A stretch of 64,000 nt of DNA from Gelidibacter sp. (GCA_041391925.1 JAWKNA010000011.1:25719-89718); one strand, 5' to 3'. Numbered from the stretch's first letter, positions 30,301 to 39,845 are shown. Made by a program: numbers and translations. The notes: generated from the letters alone by a model not told the origin.

Positions 30301-30667
30301 AGCTTTTGAGTTGTTCAAAGCAATGATTGACCAAGTCAACAAGGATGTGATTTCCTTCTTGTTCAAAGGTGAATTGCCGACTGAAACCCAAAATACAATT
30401 CAAGAAGCTAAAGCTCGAAAACAAGAAAAACTAGAAACCCAAAAAGACGAAATCCCTAATATGGATGAACGTTCTGCTCAAAGTAGAGCTGCTGGCAACA
30501 CACAACGACAAGAAATTACTGAAACTATCGTTCGCGACAAACCTAAGATTGGCCGTAATGATAAAGTGACTATTAAACATGTGATGAGTGGTGAGAACAG
30601 AACCGTAAAATACAAACAAGCCGAGCCGCTTTTGGCAAAAGGCGATTGGGTGTTGACGGAAGAATAA
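27317..30667 (+). CDS. secA: Preprotein translocase subunit SecA
   Basis: MQTGEGKT, VDEVDSVLVDDARTPLIISG, ATNMAGRGTDI, QLRGRAGRQGDPG. Confidence 0.98.
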   Translation: MSFLDSVLKVFVGDKSKQDVKAIMPLVNQIKTFEKELESLTHDELRAKTSFFKSKIAEARQPFNDSIEKLQKEAEETEDIDEREDIYQEIDRIKDDIYKVTEDVLNDILPEAFAVVKETAKRFVNNTSITVTANAFDREISGSKDYVVLEDDKAVWANSWDAAGKPITWDMIHYDVQLIGGVALHQGKIAEMQTGEGKTLVASLPVYLNALAGNGVHLVTVNDYLAKRDSAWMAPLFEFHGLSVDCIDYHQPNSASRKKAYLADITYGTNNEFGFDYLRDNMAHSPDDLVQRPHHYAIVDEVDSVLVDDARTPLIISGPVPQGERHEFIELKPKVDSIVEVQRKYLTGVLAEAKKLISEGDTKEGGFKLLRVYRGMPKNKALIKYLSEEGVKMLLQKTENQYMSDNNREMPKVDAELYYVIDEKNNQVELSDKGVEFLSGKDDPNFFVMPEIGTEIAKIEAQNLSKEEEANAKEDLFRDFGIKSERIHTLNQLLKAYALFEKDIQYVVIDNKVLIVDEQTGRIMDGRRYSDGLHQAIEAKENVKIEAVTQTFATVTLQNYFRMYRKLAGMTGTAVTEAGEFWEIYKLDVVEIPTNRPIARDDREDLVYKTKREKYNAVIDEVTKLSQEGRPVLIGTTSVEISELLGKMLTLRKIPHNILNAKLHKKEADIVAEAGQPGQVTIATNMAGRGTDIKLAELVKTAGGLAIVGTERHDSRRVDRQLRGRAGRQGDPGSSQFYVSLEDNLMRLFGSERIAKMMDRMGLKEGEVIQHSMISKSIERAQKKVEENNFGVRKRLLEYDDVMNAQREVVYKRRRHALHGERLRVDLANMIYDTSESIAETNKAANDYKNFEFELIRYFSMSSPITEQEFNKLSEKELAGKVYKAAFEHYREKMQRNADMAFPVIKNVYENQRDKFKRIVVPFTDGVKTLQVVTDLEKSYNTQGKQLVNDFEKNITLAIVDDAWKTHLRKMDELKQSVQLAVHEQKDPLLIYKFEAFELFKAMIDQVNKDVISFLFKGELPTETQNTIQEAKARKQEKLETQKDEIPNMDERSAQSRAAGNTQRQEITETIVRDKPKIGRNDKVTIKHVMSGENRTVKYKQAEPLLAKGDWVLTEE

Positions 30668-30690
30668 TTTTAATTAAAGTAAATGATATA

Positions 30691-30721
30691 AGAGGTTTCG
30701 ACATAAGGAACCTCTTTTTTT
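30691..30721 (+). terminator. Terminator after secA
   Basis: AGAGGTTTC-GACATAA-GGAACCTCT plus a T-run. Confidence 0.7.
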
Positions 30722-30783
30722 ATTTGAAATCTTATTAAAAATGACGAATTTAGATTCATTCAATCACCGTAACAAATGTAACC

Positions 30784-31404
30784 TTGTCCACTTTCAAGAT
30801 TGATTTAGAGCAAGAGCACGTATTGTCTCTTTACTTGGATACTATCTACAAATCCAAGAGTATAACATTCAGTAGAGTTGACGATAGCAAGCAGCAGCAC
30901 AAAGGTATTGATGTCATTTTCACCATTAATTCCAAGAATTTTTTTATAGACGAAAAAGCGCAACTACATTACCTTAACCAGGATCTTCCGACCTTCACTT
31001 TTGAACTCTCCTACCTAAACAAAGATGGCAAAATCAGTCAAGGATGGTTATTCGATACAAATAAACAAACAGATTACTATTTTTTGATTACAGGCATTCA
31101 TTTAAAACACAAGAAAGAAAAACTGACCCATCCATCCGATATCGAAAATTTAAAAATCACCAGTGTCAATCGAAAAAAATTAATCAGCCATCTTGAAAGC
31201 ATTGGTCTTTCAAAATCACGATTGATTGATTATGATTTAGACTTGCGCAACCATAGAACCTTTGGCAAAAACCCGATACCAGAGCTCAAAGTTCAGAAAA
31301 ACGGCTGTCTTTATTTTACCGAGAATTTATCAGAACAACCTATCAATCTTCAGTTACGGTTGAGCTATTTGATTGAAAATAAGATTGCTAAAAAATTTAG
31401 TTAG
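30784..31404 (+). CDS. Hypothetical protein, possible PD-(D/E)XK nuclease fold
   Basis: E...QHKGID...FIDEKAQ...TFELS spacing; TTG start. Confidence 0.55.
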   Translation: MSTFKIDLEQEHVLSLYLDTIYKSKSITFSRVDDSKQQHKGIDVIFTINSKNFFIDEKAQLHYLNQDLPTFTFELSYLNKDGKISQGWLFDTNKQTDYYFLITGIHLKHKKEKLTHPSDIENLKITSVNRKKLISHLESIGLSKSRLIDYDLDLRNHRTFGKNPIPELKVQKNGCLYFTENLSEQPINLQLRLSYLIENKIAKKFS

Positions 31405-31457
31405 GAAATCTGTTCTAATTATTGATGATTATTGAAATGAGGTATAAATATGATTAT

Positions 31458-32150
31458 TCATCCCAACTTCAACATCAAATTGGGATCCGGACAATTGGAC
31501 AAATAAAACTCCAAATTCTTTTTGCTACAGACCCCTGGATAATCGCCTTTATAGTCTCCAATTTCTTTAATTATCTGAAGATGCAAATGAGGTGGGTAAT
31601 CTCCATTTACAGATGGATTACCCAAAATTGCGAGTGTTTCACCTTGCCTAAATAGTTGTCCTTCCCATAAATTCTCAATCGAAGAAAGGCTTAAATGCCC
31701 ATAGAGCGTATAAAAAATCACATCATTGATATAATGTTTTAAAATAATGGTTGGGCCATAATCGCCAAAATTCTTGTTGTAGGCAAAACTGTGAACCACA
31801 CCATCCAGTGGAGCTATAATGGACGAGCCAGCCGCTAACCATAAGTCCATTCCAAGATGGATGTTACGTTCTGTTTCGATATCTTCTTGGTTAAAATAAT
31901 CACTACGTCTGTAGATACTGCGTATTTCATTATACCCTCCATAAGCCACAAAACCATCATGCTTTGCAATGTGATTGTTCACATAGGTTTGCAAAGCCAC
32001 TGAGGAGCTGACATCAACCTCTTTTAAAGCCTGGTTGGAAATAGAAAGGTCTAAAGGTATATACTTTTTTAAGGAGATAGATGCATCTAAAACCGGAAGT
32101 GGATATTTGCTGATGCTATCAAGAAAAGAAGAAAATTGGACTGAGGTCAT
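31458..32150 (-). CDS. M23 family metallopeptidase domain protein
   Basis: HLGMD (HxxxD), YGHL, PHLHLQ; no signal peptide. Confidence 0.85.
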   Translation of the reverse strand: MTSVQFSSFLDSISKYPLPVLDASISLKKYIPLDLSISNQALKEVDVSSSVALQTYVNNHIAKHDGFVAYGGYNEIRSIYRRSDYFNQEDIETERNIHLGMDLWLAAGSSIIAPLDGVVHSFAYNKNFGDYGPTIILKHYINDVIFYTLYGHLSLSSIENLWEGQLFRQGETLAILGNPSVNGDYPPHLHLQIIKEIGDYKGDYPGVCSKKNLEFYLSNCPDPNLMLKLG

Positions 32151-32180
32151 GAGCAAATCAATTCCCCAAATTTAAGCAAT

Positions 32181-33737
32181 TTATTGCATGGTCACTTCAC
32201 TGAATTTTGCATTGACCACAATTGTTTTTCCACTTGTCATATCGCCAGTAGAAAAGGTAGAAGCTGTGATAGTTTTGTTTTTTGGGTGCTTCAATTTGGA
32301 GCGACTGCCTTTGTATTGCAAATTGTAATCAGTTTTTGGCAACATTACAAAAGCTTCACTGTTCTCCAATACAATGTTCAGGTTATTGAAAGTTGGTAAA
32401 ATCGTATTTACCGCCAACTCTCCAAAACTGCCATCAATGACAGCATTTCCTGCCAAGCTATTGATATCGATATTAGACGAATTGCTACTCAGCACCAATC
32501 GATTGACATTCGCAATCTGTGCATTGTCCACAAAATTAAGCTTCAATTCCCCAAGATTCCAATTGGTAATTAACACAGGCGAATAAGAAACATTGATGGA
32601 AGTCTTGCTTCCATCAATGTTTGTTGCTGTCAAAGCCGAGTGTGATATATCACCTCGCACATTATATAGGACAGAGGCAAATTTCAATTCGCCATGTCGA
32701 ACGTTCATATTCAGCTTTGCCTTTTTGGGCATTTTTATCTTAATTGTCTTTTTGACCTTCGTATTGACTTTTTCTTCGATACGTTTAGCTATCTCGGCAC
32801 GACGCTCTGCCAAATGTTCTTGGCGGTCTCTCATATGGTCTTGACGGTCTCTCATGGCTTCTTGTCTCGCTTCCATAGCTTGAGCTCGTTCTTCCATTTG
32901 CTTGCCATATTTTTCACCCCAAGCTTCCATTTTTTTCTCATACTCTTTGCCCCAAGTTTCTTCAAATTTCTTTCCCCATTCTTCCATCTTTTTTTCATAA
33001 TCCTTTCCAAATTTCTCTCCATACTCTTTTCCGAATTTCTCCCCCCATTCTTCCATCTTTTTTGAGTACTCTTTAAAATCGGTCTTTCCAAACTCACGCC
33101 CCCAAGCTTTCATTTTCTCTTTGTATTCTTTCCCATAGGCATCTTCAAATTCCTTGCTCCATTTTTCAAGATATTTTTCTCCATCTTTTTTATAGGCGTC
33201 ATAATCAAAATTTACTGCACCAATTCCTTTTGGCAATTCTGGAAGCTCAGGCATTGGTGGCATTACAGGCATTCCTGGCATTTCAGGAAATACAGGCATT
33301 TCGGGTAGAGCAGGTATTCCTGGTATGGGAGGCATATCAGGCAATGGCGCCAATTCAAACTCAAGTTCGCGCATGGCATCTGTATCGAAGTTGAAGTCAA
33401 AGTCATAGTCGCCACCAACTACATTCCAACTGTTTCCGATACCTTTGGATTCAATGGTGACCTCATCCCCAGAACCGTTCAGAGTGATATTCCAGTTTTT
33501 AAGTTCTTTTTCAAGGTCTTCCTTGGACATTTTTTCACCTTCAATATATGCTTCCACCTCTACTAGGTCTTTGTTCCAGGTATCCACCTCAATATTGGTA
33601 TGGCTTGTATTCAAATTAATTTTCACCTCCTTGTTGGCATTAACCGACTTGGTGAATTTGGTAAGTTTTTGTTGCGCAGTGGCACTTAGGGTACCCATCA
33701 ACAACAGAATGAATAATTTTAGTTTTATTGTTTTCAT
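32181..33737 (-). CDS. Exported protein with Pro-rich and Trp-containing helical repeats (DUF4097/adhesin-like ends)
   Basis: Signal peptide; (M/L)PE(M/L)P repeats; KKMEEWG(E/K)KF repeats; beta-repeat C-terminus. Confidence 0.7.
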   Translation of the reverse strand: MKTIKLKLFILLLMGTLSATAQQKLTKFTKSVNANKEVKINLNTSHTNIEVDTWNKDLVEVEAYIEGEKMSKEDLEKELKNWNITLNGSGDEVTIESKGIGNSWNVVGGDYDFDFNFDTDAMRELEFELAPLPDMPPIPGIPALPEMPVFPEMPGMPVMPPMPELPELPKGIGAVNFDYDAYKKDGEKYLEKWSKEFEDAYGKEYKEKMKAWGREFGKTDFKEYSKKMEEWGEKFGKEYGEKFGKDYEKKMEEWGKKFEETWGKEYEKKMEAWGEKYGKQMEERAQAMEARQEAMRDRQDHMRDRQEHLAERRAEIAKRIEEKVNTKVKKTIKIKMPKKAKLNMNVRHGELKFASVLYNVRGDISHSALTATNIDGSKTSINVSYSPVLITNWNLGELKLNFVDNAQIANVNRLVLSSNSSNIDINSLAGNAVIDGSFGELAVNTILPTFNNLNIVLENSEAFVMLPKTDYNLQYKGSRSKLKHPKNKTITASTFSTGDMTSGKTIVVNAKFSEVTMQ

Positions 33738-33751
33738 CTTTTTTTAACTGT

Positions 33752-34315
33752 TTAGCTTACATTTTGATGTTCTTCAAAAGTGTTTAATTCTTTTAATTGT
33801 TCCTTAAGACGATACAACAGGTTGAGACGCAGTTTCAGATTGTCAATCAAGGCACTGACGGTCAATTCGTTTGGTCCATGCTCAGTTAATTCAACTGACA
33901 ATCGTTCGTATTCCTTGTTCAGTTCTTCAAGTCGCACAATGTAACTATCAAACAGGTCCTTGTTTTCTGGCGTTAGCTTCACATTTGCCAATTCAAGATT
34001 GATATTGGCTACATAATAGTCTTCCACTTTCTTCAAGTCGGGCGAAACATCACCCAGCGATTTCAAGGTCACCACTTTTTTATCAGGTTCTACAACGACT
34101 TCTGGCGATTTAAAAAATTGGTAAGCCCCAAAGCTCAAACCCAAAAGCACCACGACACTAGCTGCCATATTCCAAACACTGAAACGTTTTTTGATTGATG
34201 TCGTTTGAGGCTGGTTTTCCAATTTCTTTAGAAAGCGTGCTTCGTGACCTTTAGGCATTCCATTTTGGATCTTCAATCGATCTTCATCAAACATTTTTTT
34301 AAGATCTTGTGCCAT
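33752..34315 (-). CDS. Probable anti-sigma factor
   Basis: GHEARFLKKL, single TM helix (MAASVVVLLG); overlaps the ECF sigma gene. Confidence 0.65.
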   Translation of the reverse strand: MAQDLKKMFDEDRLKIQNGMPKGHEARFLKKLENQPQTTSIKKRFSVWNMAASVVVLLGLSFGAYQFFKSPEVVVEPDKKVVTLKSLGDVSPDLKKVEDYYVANINLELANVKLTPENKDLFDSYIVRLEELNKEYERLSVELTEHGPNELTVSALIDNLKLRLNLLYRLKEQLKELNTFEEHQNVS

Positions 34316-34847
34316 TGTACATAGGTGTTAATAGTTCTTGTAATTTTACTTTTCCGCGAGATAATTGTGTTCGTGAAGCGATTTCGGTAATGTCCAAAAT
34401 TTCAGATATCTCTTGATGGTCATAACCTTCAATCAAATAGAGCATTACCACATATTTGTACTTTTCGGGCAATTGCTCTATCGCGTGCTTTACATCTTCA
34501 ATTGTTATATTGTCTTCTACTAACCATTCGTCATCGGAGCCATCGACTATTTTGAGGTGCACCTCTTCCAATTCCTGCAGCTGCTTTTTTTTGGATTTTA
34601 GCAAATCGATACTTTTATTAATGACGATACGTTTTAACCAAGCTCCAAAAGTCACTTCCGCTTTGTATTGGTGTAGTTTGGCAAAGGCTTTTATAAAGGC
34701 TTCCTGTACGATATCTTCAGCTTCCAGGGAATCCCTTACAAACCTATTCGCCACGACATACATCCCATCACAATATTGAGAGTACAGCTGCAGCTGTGCT
34801 TTTCTATCGTTATTCCGGCATTTTTCAATGATATCCGTTTGAAACAT
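34299..34847 (-). CDS. ECF RNA polymerase sigma-70 factor
   Basis: AEDIVQEAFIKAF, FGAWLKRIVIN, EGYDHQEISEIL, SRTQLSRGK. Confidence 0.95.
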   Translation of the reverse strand: MFQTDIIEKCRNNDRKAQLQLYSQYCDGMYVVANRFVRDSLEAEDIVQEAFIKAFAKLHQYKAEVTFGAWLKRIVINKSIDLLKSKKKQLQELEEVHLKIVDGSDDEWLVEDNITIEDVKHAIEQLPEKYKYVVMLYLIEGYDHQEISEILDITEIASRTQLSRGKVKLQELLTPMYNGTRS

Positions 34848-34889
34848 GCTTTGGTTGTACTTTTGGTTAATGGTTTAGTTCATCTTAAG

Positions 34890-34915
34890 GACGAGACAAA
34901 AAATAAGATGTTGCA
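34890..34915 (-). promoter_or_regulatory. ECF-type, probably autoregulatory, promoter
   Basis: TGCAAC-N16-CGTC on the minus strand, 42 nt upstream of the ECF ATG. Confidence 0.6.
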
Positions 34916-35038
34916 GAATTTAGGAATTTTATGTGAAAAAATATCAAAATTTATCAAAACAACGTTAAGAGGGTTTAGGTATCAACCTATTTCATTTATC
35001 TTTATAGTCAAATTATCTTTAAAATTGTACTGGTTTTT

Positions 35039-35614
35039 ATGAACAAAGCGTTAAAATGGATCATCATCACACTTTCAGTCGTTGCCTTGGGTTTATTCGT
35101 CTATGCCTATTTCTTTGAGGATATTTTCAGCAAACGGTTAAGTCCAAAAGATACTGTGAGGTTTGAGTTGAACGACACAAAGCTTGAAGTTTTTTACAAT
35201 CGACCTTATAAAAAAGGACGTGAAATATTTGGAGCACTGGTCCCCTTTGATGAAGTTTGGCGTACAGGGGCTAATGAAGCAACCACATTTACTACCAATA
35301 AGGATTTGATGATTGAAGGAAAACTGATGCCAAAAGGTGTATATACTCTATGGACCATTCCACATGATACCGTTTGGGACATTATTTTTAACACTAAGCA
35401 ATATCCTTGGGGTGTAGATGAACAAATGCGCCCTATGCGTGAGCCACAATTCGATTTAATGGACATTGAAGAACCGGTACAACACCTTGATAAATCTGTG
35501 GAACAGTTTACTATAGCTTTTGATAATATAACAGATGATTTAAAATTGACGTTTGTTTGGGACAAAACAAAAATTGAAGTCCCTTTGGAAATCATAGAAA
35601 ACCCACAGGAATAG
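35039..35614 (+). CDS. DUF2911 domain protein
   Basis: SPKDT, YNRPYKKGREIFGALVP, WRTGANEAT. Confidence 0.88.
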   Translation: MNKALKWIIITLSVVALGLFVYAYFFEDIFSKRLSPKDTVRFELNDTKLEVFYNRPYKKGREIFGALVPFDEVWRTGANEATTFTTNKDLMIEGKLMPKGVYTLWTIPHDTVWDIIFNTKQYPWGVDEQMRPMREPQFDLMDIEEPVQHLDKSVEQFTIAFDNITDDLKLTFVWDKTKIEVPLEIIENPQE

Positions 35615-35630
35615 GTTAATCCTAACTATT

Positions 35631-36713
35631 TTGACAAAAAAGAAAAAAAAGCCTGCCTTAAAAGAACAAAAAGGTATTTCAGATTCCGAAATTACCAATA
35701 AAAATGCTGTCAAAACTCTCAAAGAAAAACGTCAGGTACAACCTTCTGTAGAAGAATTGGTCAAAGATATTTTAAATGGCAATATGACCGCTTTGAGTCG
35801 AGCCATCACTTTGGTAGAAAGCACCAATCCTGAACACCTTCAAAAGGCAAATGACATCATCAAACAATGTTTACCTTACGCCAACAACTCTTTACGTATC
35901 GGAATTACTGGCGTCCCTGGTGTGGGCAAAAGCACATTTATTGAAACCTTTGGGACATATCTCACTTCGAATGGAAAGAAAGTCGCAGTTTTGGCTGTAG
36001 ATCCGAGCAGTACGTTGAGTAAAGGCTCCATTCTAGGCGATAAAACACGTATGGAAGATTTGGTAAAGGATGATAATGCTTTCATTCGACCTTCACCTTC
36101 AGGAACCTCACTAGGTGGTGTGGCACGTAAAACTCGTGAAACTATTATTCTATGTGAAGCAGCAGGATTTGATACCATATTGATAGAAACTGTTGGAGTT
36201 GGACAAAGCGAAACTGCCGTCCACAGCATGGTAGATTTCTTTCTATTGCTAAAATTGGCTGGTGCTGGTGACGAACTCCAAGGCATCAAACGAGGCATTA
36301 TGGAAATGGCAGATGCAATTGTCATCAACAAAGCGGATGGTGATAATTTGAAGAACGCCAAAACCGCCAAAGTGGAATTCAACAGAGCTTTGCATTTATA
36401 TCCTGCAAAAGATTCGGGCTGGCAGCCTAAAGTTTTATTGGCAAGTGCTTTGAACAATGAAGGCATCTCCGAAATCTGGGGACTGATTGAAGAGTATTTT
36501 AAACTTATAAAAAACACTGATTTTTTTTCCCATAAGCGAAATGAACAGAACAAGTTTTGGTTGTTACAAACCATCGAAGATCGATTGAAATCTGAATTTT
36601 ACAACAATCCAACCGTCAAAAAAGAATTAAAAACTCAATTGGAACGCATAGAGAATGGTGAGACTACCCCTTTTTTAGCTGCCGAATTATTATTGAATTT
36701 AAAACAGATATAA
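35631..36713 (+). CDS. meaB: Methylmalonyl-CoA mutase-associated GTPase MeaB
   Basis: GITGVPGVGKST, AVDPSS, LGDKTRM, ETVGVGQSE, NKADG. Confidence 0.95.
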   Translation: MTKKKKKPALKEQKGISDSEITNKNAVKTLKEKRQVQPSVEELVKDILNGNMTALSRAITLVESTNPEHLQKANDIIKQCLPYANNSLRIGITGVPGVGKSTFIETFGTYLTSNGKKVAVLAVDPSSTLSKGSILGDKTRMEDLVKDDNAFIRPSPSGTSLGGVARKTRETIILCEAAGFDTILIETVGVGQSETAVHSMVDFFLLLKLAGAGDELQGIKRGIMEMADAIVINKADGDNLKNAKTAKVEFNRALHLYPAKDSGWQPKVLLASALNNEGISEIWGLIEEYFKLIKNTDFFSHKRNEQNKFWLLQTIEDRLKSEFYNNPTVKKELKTQLERIENGETTPFLAAELLLNLKQI

Positions 36714-36714
36714 C

Positions 36715-38076
36715 ATGCAACTATTCAATAAAATAAAATCCATCATCCACTTAATGAAAGAAGTGGATTTTAAAGAACTGGGAGAAATTTCAGAGAAAAT
36801 AGATTTGCCTAAAATCATGAAAACCGTTGGCGAATTGGACGATAAACAATTGAACGGACTGATGAAGATGCTGACCGAAAAAGCAAAGAAAGGACAACAT
36901 CAGTTACCACCGATTGATGGGGATTTTTATGATCTGGATTTGAAATTGACTCAAGAGCAACGCTCCATTCAGATGAAAGTCAGAAATTTTATGGAAAATG
37001 AAATTGATCCTATTGCCAATGAGTATTGGAAAAAAGCTCAATTTCCCATAGAAATTATTCCAAAACTAGCTGAACTTAATATTTGTGGGGTTGCTTACCA
37101 AGGCTATGGCTGTCCTAATTTACCTTTTATCATGGAAGGTATCATTGCCGAAGAAATGGCACGCGTGGATGTATCGGTTTCAACATTTTTTGGGGCGCAT
37201 AGTGGATTGGCAATGGGCTCCATCTATCTTTGTGGAAGTGAGGAACAAAAACAAAAATGGTTGCCAAAAATGCAAAAATTGGAAGTCATCGGAGCTTTTG
37301 GACTTACTGAGCCCAATGTAGGCAGTGGTGTTGCTGGTGGTATGGAGACCACTTGCAGAATTGAAGGCGATGAATGGGTGTTGAACGGTCAGAAAAAATG
37401 GATTGGGAATGCGACCTTTGCAGATGTGACCATTATTTGGGCGCGGGAAGAAGTGTCTAATAAAGTAAAAGGATTTATAGTCAAAAAAGGAACTCCAGGA
37501 TTCTCAACCGAAAAAATCGAAGATAAAATGGCATTACGCACCGTTCAAAATGCCATCATCACGATGAACGATTGTAGGGTTCCTGAAAGTGATAGATTGC
37601 AAAATGCCAATTCCTTTAAAGATACTGCCAAAGTGCTGCGAATGACGCGTGCTGGAGTTGCATGGCAAGCCGTTGGATGTGCCAGAGGTGCTTATGAAAG
37701 TGCCCTAAAATATACCAAAAAAAGAGAACAATTTGGAAAACCTATTGCTTCTTACCAATTGATTCAAAATCATTTGGTTGAAATGTTGTCCAATTTGACT
37801 GCCATGAAAACAATGGTGTATCGCCTATCTGAACTTCAAGACCAGGGGTTATTGACGGATGAACATGCTTCTTTGGCCAAAGTATTTTGTTCTTTAAGAA
37901 CTAGAGATGTGGTTAGCCAAGCAAGAGAAGTCATGGGCGGCAATGGTATTCTTTTAGAATATGATGTGGCCCGTTTTGTTGCCGATGCAGAAGCCATATA
38001 TTCATACGAAGGCACCAAGGAAATTAATACTTTAATCGTTGGCCGAGCCATTACGGGTTATAGTGCGTTCGTTTAA
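36715..38076 (+). CDS. Acyl-CoA dehydrogenase (glutaryl-CoA dehydrogenase-like)
   Basis: AFGLTEP, LNGQKKWIGN, REQFGKPI, YSYEGT. Confidence 0.9.
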   Translation: MQLFNKIKSIIHLMKEVDFKELGEISEKIDLPKIMKTVGELDDKQLNGLMKMLTEKAKKGQHQLPPIDGDFYDLDLKLTQEQRSIQMKVRNFMENEIDPIANEYWKKAQFPIEIIPKLAELNICGVAYQGYGCPNLPFIMEGIIAEEMARVDVSVSTFFGAHSGLAMGSIYLCGSEEQKQKWLPKMQKLEVIGAFGLTEPNVGSGVAGGMETTCRIEGDEWVLNGQKKWIGNATFADVTIIWAREEVSNKVKGFIVKKGTPGFSTEKIEDKMALRTVQNAIITMNDCRVPESDRLQNANSFKDTAKVLRMTRAGVAWQAVGCARGAYESALKYTKKREQFGKPIASYQLIQNHLVEMLSNLTAMKTMVYRLSELQDQGLLTDEHASLAKVFCSLRTRDVVSQAREVMGGNGILLEYDVARFVADAEAIYSYEGTKEINTLIVGRAITGYSAFV

Positions 38077-39011
38077 AAATTGGAATTATACCACTCCACT
38101 TGGGCTTTCACACCCTCCAATAAGGTAGTTTTTGGATTGTAATTGAGCAGTTTTCTTGCCTTATCAATATTGGCTTTGGTACGCAATTGATCGCCAGCAC
38201 GTTTTGCAATAATGTTCAGTTTAATTTTCTTTCCGAGAATCTGCTCCACAGCTTCAATGCCTTCTTTTGTAGTATGCTCCACTTCAGTTCCTAAATTGAT
38301 GATTTCTCCATTTACCTTATTTTCATTTCCAATGACACTTACAACACCATCAACTATATCACCAACATAGGTAAAACTTCTCAGATGAGAATCGCTTCCT
38401 TCAAACAATGGAAATGCTTCCCCTTTTAAACCTAATTCAATCAACTTAGTATACATTTTTTCAGGCCGCTCCCGTGGACCTATAACGGAATATAGCCTTA
38501 AGGAACATGCCTTAAACCTATCCTCCCTACTCTTCTGAAGTACCAATTGTTCTGCAGCCAATTTGGTCACGCCATAATGTGAGGCTGGTTGTGGTGCAAA
38601 ATCTTCTGGAAACGTTGCTTCCAATCCATAAATTGACGAGGTTCCAATGTTTATGAACAACTTCAGTTGCTTACATTCCAAAGCGTAATCAATCAAATTT
38701 TTTGTCGCAATGATATTATTACTGAAATAATCTTCAAATGTGGAAGTGGAAGAAATACCTGGTTGCGCTGCAAAATGGAATATATAATCGACATCGAGGG
38801 GCAGTACTTTAAATAGTTCTTCAGTTCTCAAATCATGATTGATGATGGAAACACCTTTATCCGAAAGTGCTTTGGCATTCAACTTTTTCAGTTCAACACT
38901 GTAATAGGGTGAAAAATTATCGACACCCACAACTTGATGACCTAAACTTTGCAAACGCTCCGCTGTATGTGAGCCTATAAAACCTGCAGCACCTGTGACT
39001 AATATCTTCAT
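38073..39011 (-). CDS. NAD-dependent epimerase (UDP-glucuronate 4-epimerase-like)
   Basis: VTGAAGFIGSH, HFAAQPG, TSSIYG, YGVTK; ATG 39011. Confidence 0.85.
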   Translation of the reverse strand: MKILVTGAAGFIGSHTAERLQSLGHQVVGVDNFSPYYSVELKKLNAKALSDKGVSIINHDLRTEELFKVLPLDVDYIFHFAAQPGISSTSTFEDYFSNNIIATKNLIDYALECKQLKLFINIGTSSIYGLEATFPEDFAPQPASHYGVTKLAAEQLVLQKSREDRFKACSLRLYSVIGPRERPEKMYTKLIELGLKGEAFPLFEGSDSHLRSFTYVGDIVDGVVSVIGNENKVNGEIINLGTEVEHTTKEGIEAVEQILGKKIKLNIIAKRAGDQLRTKANIDKARKLLNYNPKTTLLEGVKAQVEWYNSNF

Positions 39012-39128
39012 TGATTGACGATTTTTGTAAAGTAATATGCAAGTTAACATCTTTTTTATAGAATAAGTCAGCATTTTTAAAGCTTTAATCTAAAAATCAA
39101 TATTTTTGTGTGAACTAACCCTATTCAA

Positions 39129-39845
39129 ATGACTTATAGGTTCACTGTTGTTGTGCCAGTTTATAACGAAGAAGATAACTTGGAACGTGTAGAAAAAGAG
39201 CTTCTCAACTATACAACCATAGCTAAAGTCCCAACCAAAATATTATTTGTCAACGATGGTTCCAAAGATAAGAGCCAAGAACTTATCGAAGCTATCTGTG
39301 AACGGAATGATGCTTTTGAATATATTTGTTTTGAAGCCAACCGAGGGTTGAGCGCAGCTATCAAAGCAGGTTTTGATTACACAAACACTGAATTGGTTGG
39401 CTATATCGATTCCGATTTGCAAACGGCTCCCCAAGATTTTAATCTCTTGCTCGACCATATTGGCGAGTACGATTTGGTAACTGGTGTTCGTTCCAACAGA
39501 AAGGATTCATTCGTAAAAAAAATGTCGTCTAAGATTGCCAATGGCATTCGTCGAGCATTTACACATGATGGTATGGATGATACAGGGTGTCCTTTGAAAG
39601 TAATTAAAACCAAATATGCCAAACGCATTCCAATGTTTAAGGGGTTGCATCGTTTTTTGCCGGCCATGATATTGCTTCAAGAAGGAAAAATTATCCAAAT
39701 TCCTGTACAGCATTTTCCCAGAATTGCAGGTACAGCCAAATTTGGTCTTTGGAATCGATTATTGGGACCTTTGATGGACTGTTTTGCCTATCTGTGGATG
39801 AAGAAAAAATATATCAATTATAAAATCAGCAAACAAAGCGAATGA
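39129..39845 (+). CDS. GT2 polyprenyl-phosphate glycosyltransferase (ArnC/DPM-like)
   Basis: VPVYNEE, VNDGSKD, DSDLQ, DTGCPLK, HRFLP. Confidence 0.88.
   Translation: MTYRFTVVVPVYNEEDNLERVEKELLNYTTIAKVPTKILFVNDGSKDKSQELIEAICERNDAFEYICFEANRGLSAAIKAGFDYTNTELVGYIDSDLQTAPQDFNLLLDHIGEYDLVTGVRSNRKDSFVKKMSSKIANGIRRAFTHDGMDDTGCPLKVIKTKYAKRIPMFKGLHRFLPAMILLQEGKIIQIPVQHFPRIAGTAKFGLWNRLLGPLMDCFAYLWMKKKYINYKISKQSE

Noticed and set aside
35876-36574. 232-aa antisense ORF
   Set aside because: Lies entirely opposite meaB and has no recognisable motifs. The other short overlapping ORFs in the track were rejected for the same reason.
26179-36713. PduO-type adenosyltransferase and meaB as a B12 gene cluster
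   Set aside because: They are about 9 kb apart in separate transcription units, with no mutase gene or cobalamin riboswitch recognised in the window.
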